Shown here in pieces: positions 57,930 through 64,000 of a DNA stretch of 64,000 nucleotides (its first letter is position 1; every line of letters begins with the position of its first letter). Origin of the DNA: a phage. The notes under the pieces were generated by a model. The model worked only from the letters and a program-made list of their open reading frames with translations, did no database searches and was not told the DNA's origin. The stretch is taken from assembly GCA_026209155.1 (NCBI GenBank), contig GCA_026209155.1_3056.1. One strand, given 5' to 3'. A program made the position numbers and the translations under genes.

Positions 57930-58378
57930 TCAACAATCACAATTTCTAGTTTAGTAGAATACGTATCTAAAATCCCCTCAATAATATCCCAGTTCCCTTT
58001 ACCTATGCCTGCACCAATCCTAGGCATATAGATTGTAGGTTTAATCAGTTTATTTTCACCAAACTCATTTAATTCTAACATACAATTCATTAAAGCGGAA
58101 TACTCAAAATTTGGCCCTGGTTGAAATTGAGTATAAAGATTGAAGCAGTAAGCTTTATGAGTCCTAAAGTATTTTTCATAGACTGAATAAGAACCAAGTT
58201 TAGTTACATCACCCCATTCAGTCTGTAATTTATCAGCTTCCAAAATTTTAGGGAAAGCTTTGGTTAATTGACCTGCGACTCCAGCTTTCATCGCGTGAAA
58301 ACAATTACATCCATGCGCAATATTTTTACCTTCAGCGAAAAGGGCGACAATATCGCCCTTGATATATTTTACAATCAT
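57911..58378 (-). CDS. macro-domain-like protein (putative ADP-ribose binding or processing)
   Basis: 155-aa ORF; GDIVALFAEGKNIAHGCNCFHAMKAGVAGQL and PRIGAGIGKGNWD resemble macro-domain motifs; assignment from motif pattern only. Confidence 0.4.
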   Translation of the reverse strand: MIVKYIKGDIVALFAEGKNIAHGCNCFHAMKAGVAGQLTKAFPKILEADKLQTEWGDVTKLGSYSVYEKYFRTHKAYCFNLYTQFQPGPNFEYSALMNCMLELNEFGENKLIKPTIYMPRIGAGIGKGNWDIIEGILDTYSTKLEIVIVDWEPLL

Positions 58379-58722
58379 CTAGTACTCAATCCTCGATTAT
58401 AAGAATCTACCAAACGGTCAACCATTGAATGACAAGCGGCTTTATCTTTCTCCTCCGCAACTGAACATTCTAAGGTATTCCACTTTTTAGCATATCGTTT
58501 TAATAATGTATCGTTTTTGTATCTACTTGATTTATCTCTTTCTCCGTCTTTATATGCATATATTAATTTCTGTGCAAATTCAGCTTGACATGCTTTATTT
58601 TTCCCACAATAATCTGCCGCAGTGCGGTTTACATATTCTCTAATTTCAGTATATGATGTATCTGCTAACGCAGAAGCAGAAAATGAAATTAATCCTATAC
58701 ATAAAACCAAAATTTTAGTCAT
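58375..58722 (-). CDS. secreted protein (vs position)
   Basis: 115-aa ORF with signal peptide MTKILVLCIGLISFSASALA. Confidence 0.45.
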   Translation of the reverse strand: MTKILVLCIGLISFSASALADTSYTEIREYVNRTAADYCGKNKACQAEFAQKLIYAYKDGERDKSSRYKNDTLLKRYAKKWNTLECSVAEEKDKAACHSMVDRLVDSYNRGLSTR

Positions 58723-59260
58723 TTACTATTTCCAAAAGTTTATTATTTTTAAGGTAATTAGCCTTTTCTAGGACTTCAGAAGCATATTTAGAACCTGCTT
58801 TAACATTCCATCCCGAATTATAAGAGGATATTGCTTTTCTTATATCGCCCTTATGTATATTTAACCAATAAGAAAGTTCAATGTACGCCCAGAAAGCTGA
58901 ATTGGATCGTTTATTCAACATTCTTTTTATTTCAGCATCGGTCATATTATAACCAAGTTCCTTAACTCTTGCTCGCATAGTAGGCAAATAATTTTGGAAC
59001 ATTCCGTAGGCGTGATGCTTTGGTTTAGATTTTAAATTAACTCCGCCAGAGCTTTCTTGCCATAAAATGGCTGCCATTATATGACCTAATCCGCTCTTGT
59101 GGATATTTTTGTGTGTTTTATATTTTCCATCCTTAGAAAATTGTTCCCCGAATTGATACGCGTAACGCATGTTATCGAGTTGGACATTACTGAAAGTATG
59201 CTCGGAGCTATGTGCCATCATTGAAATGGCCAATAGACCAGCGAGTAGTGCTTTTCTCAT
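58715..59260 (-). CDS. lytic transglycosylase-like protein, exported
   Basis: 181-aa ORF with signal peptide and AAILWQESSGG motif typical of the SLT catalytic site. Confidence 0.5.
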   Translation of the reverse strand: MRKALLAGLLAISMMAHSSEHTFSNVQLDNMRYAYQFGEQFSKDGKYKTHKNIHKSGLGHIMAAILWQESSGGVNLKSKPKHHAYGMFQNYLPTMRARVKELGYNMTDAEIKRMLNKRSNSAFWAYIELSYWLNIHKGDIRKAISSYNSGWNVKAGSKYASEVLEKANYLKNNKLLEIVND

Positions 59261-59267
59261 GCTTACC

Positions 59268-59729
59268 TCATTGAGTTTTAATTACTGCTTTAGAAGCCTT
59301 TCCTGGTAAACGACGACTGTTGATAATTGCCATCCTGCATTGAAGCGACGGGTCTTTGAACTTCGCGTTAGGTTTACAAACTGTAAATCCAAGCCAAAGA
59401 TTTCCATCTGTGATTTCTAAACGTCCAGGACGATATTCAACCCCATCAATAAAATCCTCGTCAATGTCAGGACGCGGAGGCATACTCAGGAATTCATTAA
59501 CTTCTAAAACATGGTCTTTTATTTTATGGAATAATTCAAAAACATATGTCTCGTCAATCTCCCGTTGAATTGCACGATCAAGAAGATGCTGAGAATATTT
59601 TAGATGAAACGATGAGACCCCTGCTGCTTTTGATGCCTCACGAATCTCATTGTTAATTTGACGAAACTCCGACTCAAAGTGACGACGAAGCTTATTTCGA
59701 CGGATAAAAACTTCTGTATTGATAGTCAT
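59268..59729 (-). CDS. regB: RegB endoribonuclease
   Basis: 153-aa ORF MTINTEVFIRRNKLRRHFESEFRQINNEIREASK...; matches T4 RegB. Confidence 0.85.
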   Translation of the reverse strand: MTINTEVFIRRNKLRRHFESEFRQINNEIREASKAAGVSSFHLKYSQHLLDRAIQREIDETYVFELFHKIKDHVLEVNEFLSMPPRPDIDEDFIDGVEYRPGRLEITDGNLWLGFTVCKPNAKFKDPSLQCRMAIINSRRLPGKASKAVIKTQ

Positions 59730-59754
59730 GTTATTCTCCTCTTAACTGATAGAA

Positions 59755-59788
59755 AAATTATACCACAGTCAAGAGGAAAAGTAAACAG
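59755..59788 (-). promoter_or_regulatory. T4-type early promoter upstream of regB
   Basis: Plus attata 59757-59762 and gtaaac 59781-59786. Confidence 0.55.
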
Positions 59789-60109
59789 TTATTCTTTAAA
59801 TCTAATCAATTTATTCATAGACTTTGAAACTTCTGCACGAACCTCATGTAGATTTTTGAGCTGTTCAAGACGCTGCTCATAGTAAGCAATTTCATCTTCT
59901 TCGAGACAGTCCTGTGAATCTTCTTTAAGATAACGTGCATAGTCCTGGAAAGCGTTACGAACTACTTCCTGGAAGTCATCAAGACTTTGAATTTTCTTAG
60001 GAGCAACAGATACACGACGAGGGGCAGTATAATACTCATAACCAAACCCTGCGCTTAATTGAGCCATTAGTATTTTTCCTCTGGTTGGAACACTGCACGA
60101 CAAGCCCAC
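59789..60109 (-). CDS. hypothetical protein (vs.3 position)
   Basis: 106-aa ORF. Confidence 0.4.
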   Translation of the reverse strand: MGLSCSVPTRGKILMAQLSAGFGYEYYTAPRRVSVAPKKIQSLDDFQEVVRNAFQDYARYLKEDSQDCLEEDEIAYYEQRLEQLKNLHEVRAEVSKSMNKLIRFKE

Positions 60110-60369
60110 ATACTGGCTTCTTTGAGTTTCGTTTTAGCAATAGTTAACTGATCGAGGCTTTCGGCGTAATTCTTCGCGAGTTCATCATCTTCACAGCTAT
60201 CAAATGCTTCCCAAAATTCATCGTATAAAGCATCAAAGATAAGTCCTAAACGAACTTCAGCGTCTTTAATAGCATTTACTTTACCGATTTTTTCGTCGGT
60301 ATGTGGCTTATAACCTTTAATATCTTCAATCATATTTGACTTCCTCACCAGTACATAAATCGTATTCAA
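60067..60369 (-). CDS. hypothetical protein (vs.4 position)
   Basis: 100-aa ORF; start may be internal. Confidence 0.4.
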   Translation of the reverse strand: MNTIYVLVRKSNMIEDIKGYKPHTDEKIGKVNAIKDAEVRLGLIFDALYDEFWEAFDSCEDDELAKNYAESLDQLTIAKTKLKEASMWACRAVFQPEEKY

Positions 60370-60547
60370 CTAAACGAATAGGTTCATGAATGCCATATCC
60401 TTGAACAGAAATTTCTGTAGTAGGATAAATTCCATTAATATCACCCATGTTCCATGCTTCGTTAAATTGCTGTTCGCCTGAATTACTAAACCATTCGGCG
60501 AAAGCATTTAGCACATCTTTAGAACCTTCAATAATTATCTTTGCCAT
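60326..60547 (-). CDS. hypothetical small protein (vs.5 position)
   Basis: 73-aa ORF. Confidence 0.4.
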   Translation of the reverse strand: MAKIIIEGSKDVLNAFAEWFSNSGEQQFNEAWNMGDINGIYPTTEISVQGYGIHEPIRLVEYDLCTGEEVKYD

Positions 60548-60909
60548 TACAAACTCTCAGTAAAGGTACGAGCGATAACGTCGCGCTGCTGTTCCGGAGT
60601 CAGAGAGTTAAAGCGAACTGCATAACCGGATACACGGATGGTCAGCTGCGGATATTTTTCCGGATGCTTAACTGCATCTTCCAGAGTTTCGCGACGCAGA
60701 ACGTTAACGTTCAGGTGTTGACCACCTTCAATTTTAACTGTAGGCTGTTGCTCAATTTCAATTTCACGGGCATGCAAACCGTAGAAAATTTCTGGGTCTA
60801 CAAAAGAGTCCTCTTTAAAGGTTTTAGAGACAATAATTCGTGCTTGAATACCATCTTCAAAATAAATAGTACCTTTATGTGTGCCTTCAAGAATTTGATA
60901 TGCTTTCAT
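60547..60909 (-). CDS. autonomous glycyl radical cofactor-like protein (GrcA/YfiD-like)
   Basis: 120-aa ORF with C-terminal glycyl radical motif RVSGYAVRF. Confidence 0.65.
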   Translation of the reverse strand: MKAYQILEGTHKGTIYFEDGIQARIIVSKTFKEDSFVDPEIFYGLHAREIEIEQQPTVKIEGGQHLNVNVLRRETLEDAVKHPEKYPQLTIRVSGYAVRFNSLTPEQQRDVIARTFTESL

Positions 60910-60916
60910 ATAAACC

Positions 60917-61225
60917 TCAATTAGAAAATAAATTTATCCAAGATTTTTCTTTAATCAAAAATGGACCGGAATTAAACGCCATTAAACTTTGAGTGATTAA
61001 TCCCTTAAATGGTCCATCAATAAATTCCATTTTGAAATGCGGAATACTAGTCATCAACCGTGCATTAGGAGCAGTACAAAGAACCTGCTGCCCTGCGAAC
61101 GGACCTTTAGTCAAACGATATCGTTTAGGTTTAAAATGGTAAATCTCGTAATTTTCTACAAGGGCCCTTTTATTGCATACTGGGCTGTTATAACAATATT
61201 CAAAAACTTCAATAGTGGTCATCAT
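60917..61225 (-). CDS. hypothetical protein
   Basis: 102-aa ORF. Confidence 0.4.
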   Translation of the reverse strand: MMTTIEVFEYCYNSPVCNKRALVENYEIYHFKPKRYRLTKGPFAGQQVLCTAPNARLMTSIPHFKMEFIDGPFKGLITQSLMAFNSGPFLIKEKSWINLFSN

Positions 61226-61761
61226 TGCATTCCAATCACAAAAAATTGAGGACGAGCATTACCGCCGATGCAATATTTGCTTTTGCAACAGTGTTGGACT
61301 GTTTTAATATGTACATTGTAAATCTTATCCATATCAGGAGCTTTAATAGGCTCGTCAATTATATACAGAATACGAGAAAGCGTTAATCCACGAAATTTAG
61401 AACCTTCATTGCCAATAAAACTACGGACAGAATCAGTAAATAAACGGAATCGAATATCATCGCTAGAATAACGAGAAAATTCTTTTTTAATGTTGCCAGC
61501 AGAAATTTTAGCATAAGCTGAAGTATTAGAAAGAACAATAACTGTTCCACCATCATACAGCCAATTAACAGCAAAATTAGTTACTGCGGTCGATTTACCT
61601 GATTGTCGGCCGCCGTCTAAACGAAGTGTACAGTACTGCTTGAGTACGTCTTCAAACGGTGGGACATAACCATTCTTACAAATTTCTTCTACTCTAGCAT
61701 CAGAATGGTGTGTAAAAGCATTCATCAGGGATAGATAAGGTCCAGTTAAAAATGTTCTCAT
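61222..61761 (-). CDS. hypothetical P-loop protein
   Basis: 179-aa ORF with Walker-A-like GGRQSGKST. Confidence 0.45.
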   Translation of the reverse strand: MRTFLTGPYLSLMNAFTHHSDARVEEICKNGYVPPFEDVLKQYCTLRLDGGRQSGKSTAVTNFAVNWLYDGGTVIVLSNTSAYAKISAGNIKKEFSRYSSDDIRFRLFTDSVRSFIGNEGSKFRGLTLSRILYIIDEPIKAPDMDKIYNVHIKTVQHCCKSKYCIGGNARPQFFVIGMQ

Positions 61762-61840
61762 TTAGTTTCTCTTAAGGTTTGGGCCATTCCGTGGCACATG
61801 AATTGTCCATTTCTGTATTTACCCCTCCAAGTAATTATGA

Positions 61841-61874
61841 ATATACTATCACAATTCTAGGAGAAAGTAAACTG
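61841..61874 (-). promoter_or_regulatory. possible early promoter
   Basis: Plus gtaaac 61867-61872 with atacta 18 nt away (minus GTTTAC-N18-TAGTAT). Confidence 0.35.
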
Positions 61875-62177
61875 TTATTTACCTTTAATTACTTTAGCTG
61901 CTTCGATAGCCGCTTGCTGAAGGTCATCCATAGACATACCGAATTTAGAAGCAAAGTTATCAATTTTCTTTTCGACAGCATTCAAAGGCTTGGCCTGTTT
62001 ACCTTCATTAGCGCCAGGAAGAGCGAGAATACGCTCTTTGTCAATATAAAGGCTTACAAGTTTCTTACGGTCTTTATCGGACAAATCATGAAATGAATGG
62101 GCCTTTTTATTTATAGCGGCTTCTAATTTACCTGCACTCACTCGCGCTTCAGTAATAAATTCTTGATACGTTTTCAT
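61875..62177 (-). CDS. ipII: internal protein II-like (capsid-targeted)
   Basis: 100-aa ORF beginning MKTYQEFITEARV (capsid targeting sequence of T4 internal proteins); rest resembles T4 IPII as recalled. Confidence 0.65.
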   Translation of the reverse strand: MKTYQEFITEARVSAGKLEAAINKKAHSFHDLSDKDRKKLVSLYIDKERILALPGANEGKQAKPLNAVEKKIDNFASKFGMSMDDLQQAAIEAAKVIKGK

Positions 62178-62205
62178 TTTTGTTTCCTTGTTTGTTTTGA
62201 TAGAG

Positions 62206-62239
62206 TAATTATATCATATTAATACTTAAGCGTAAACTG
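62206..62239 (-). promoter_or_regulatory. T4-type early promoter upstream of the ipII-like gene
   Basis: Plus attata 62208-62213 and gtaaac 62232-62237. Confidence 0.5.
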
Positions 62240-62240
62240 T

Positions 62241-62501
62241 TTAAGCTTTACCGCCAGAAATAATTCCGAAGTTGTTAAAATCATATCCAATATCGTCAAC
62301 ATCTACTTTAGGGCTTGCTACAACATAAGCAATTTCACTACGTTTTGCATAGGTGTTTATTTCTCTACCATCGCCGCCTAGGAAAGAATACCCATTACGT
62401 TTTAATGAGACAAAATCTTCGGCATCACCAACGAAAGCTTTAACTTTAAATTTAGGGCCTTTGGCATCTGCTTCAGCGATAAATTCTTGATACATTTTCA
62501 T
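62241..62501 (-). CDS. internal-protein-like small protein with capsid targeting sequence
   Basis: 86-aa ORF beginning MKMYQEFIAEADA. Confidence 0.55.
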   Translation of the reverse strand: MKMYQEFIAEADAKGPKFKVKAFVGDAEDFVSLKRNGYSFLGGDGREINTYAKRSEIAYVVASPKVDVDDIGYDFNNFGIISGGKA

Positions 62502-62507
62502 TTTTCC

Positions 62508-62921
62508 TTAGTAAATTGATTTACCATAGTATTTGTACCAAGTAGGGCGTTGAGCAATTTTTTCATCTAAGCGAGCTTGACTTATCGCAATGGACGCTTC
62601 GGACGGGACATAATTATTACGAAATTCGACAGGGATGTCGGAAATATCCTGGACAGTCGTGTCCTTGATTTTGAAACCACGTTTCAAGCATTCAGCGATT
62701 AGCTCGATTTGACGTAAACGTAAAAATTCGAGTTTGTCGTAAAAGAATGTTACGTGACCTGTGCCTAAGATAAATGTTGGAGAGATTTTAAAATCCTTTA
62801 CACGTTTACCGTTTTGAACATGTTTACGGACTGCACCAAATACGCGTGGTAATTCACGATACTCAGCCATAAGATGTTGGTCGGTCAGTTCAGAAACAAG
62901 TGTTAAATTGATACGAGTCAT
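62508..62921 (-). CDS. denV: endonuclease V (pyrimidine dimer DNA glycosylase)
   Basis: ATG at 62919-62921 with GGAGG RBS gives [34 protein letters not shown]... (137 aa); track ORF starts 4 codons upstream at a TTG. Confidence 0.9.
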   Translation of the reverse strand: MTRINLTLVSELTDQHLMAEYRELPRVFGAVRKHVQNGKRVKDFKISPTFILGTGHVTFFYDKLEFLRLRQIELIAECLKRGFKIKDTTVQDISDIPVEFRNNYVPSEASIAISQARLDEKIAQRPTWYKYYGKSIY

Positions 62922-62946
62922 AATTTCCTCCAAGTAGTTGATGAAT

Positions 62947-62979
62947 GTATAGTATCAAAGTCCTTGGAGGAAGTAAACA

Positions 62980-62980
<1 letters not shown>
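62947..62980 (-). promoter_or_regulatory. T4-type early promoter embedded in an SD-containing inverted repeat, upstream of denV
   Basis: Plus atagta 62949-62954 and gtaaac 62973-62978; arms ttcctccaag (62925-62934) and cttggaggaa (62963-62972). Confidence 0.55.
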
Positions 62981-63782
<802 letters not shown>

Positions 63783-64000
63783 TTAAAAGAGGCTGTTCAT
63801 TATTCGATAAAGTGAAGGACCCATCACATATTGCCACTGGGTACGAGGAATAAGAGCAAAAGCATCCATCTCTGGAATCATAACGCCATCTTTATTTTCA
63901 AAATAAGACCCACAATGGCAATTTCTAAACATCTCATGCTCTACTGGAATCGTATAATAAAATAACTGAAGGTCTTTATTACTAGAATATTTAAATACAC
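63783..64000 (-). CDS. hypothetical protein, C-terminal part (gene enters from beyond window end)
   Basis: Open minus-strand frame from 64000 to the TAA at 63783-63785 (...MIPEMDAFALIPRTQWQYVMGPSLYRIMNSLF); sits at the e.1/nudE position of T4 but identity not verified. Confidence 0.35.
   Translation of the reverse strand, partial: VFKYSSNKDLQLFYYTIPVEHEMFRNCHCGSYFENKDGVMIPEMDAFALIPRTQWQYVMGPSLYRIMNSLF

Overview
This window is a contiguous early/middle-gene block of a T4-like (T-even, apparently T2/T6-type) coliphage genome. It runs from the 5' end of rIIB through rIIA, an unsplit topoisomerase gene 39, dexA, dda, modA/modB, soc, 56, primase 61, helicase 41, uvsX, 42, imm, DNA polymerase 43, regA, 62/44/45, 46/47, alpha-gt, 55, nrdH/nrdG/nrdD, 49, nrdC, rI, tk, regB, denV and lysozyme e. 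Nearly all of the roughly 120 genes are on the minus strand and tightly packed, often with 1-8 nt overlaps. Gene identities rest on my recollection of T4 protein sequences, lengths and gene order plus motifs visible in the translations; no search was run. DNA-level features read directly from the sequence include T4-type early promoters, MotA-box middle promoters, late TATAAATA promoters and UUCG-loop intrinsic terminators. Relative to T4 as I remember it, the window lacks the gene 60 split and bypass, segF, the nrdD intron and a dam gene in the 56-61 interval; it carries two free-standing homing-endonuclease-like genes and a DXD-motif glycosyltransferase at the beta-gt locus. The most interesting unexplained content is in the nrdC-tk accessory region: four tandem coiled-coil paralogs, and an AAA+ ATPase / nucleotidyltransferase / membrane-protein cluster. 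Other candidates are a macro-domain-like ORF, extra internal-protein genes with capsid-targeting N-termini, and a lone plus-strand membrane mini-ORF between genes 56 and 61. No tRNA, rRNA or CRISPR array was seen. Many small ORFs have uncertain starts.
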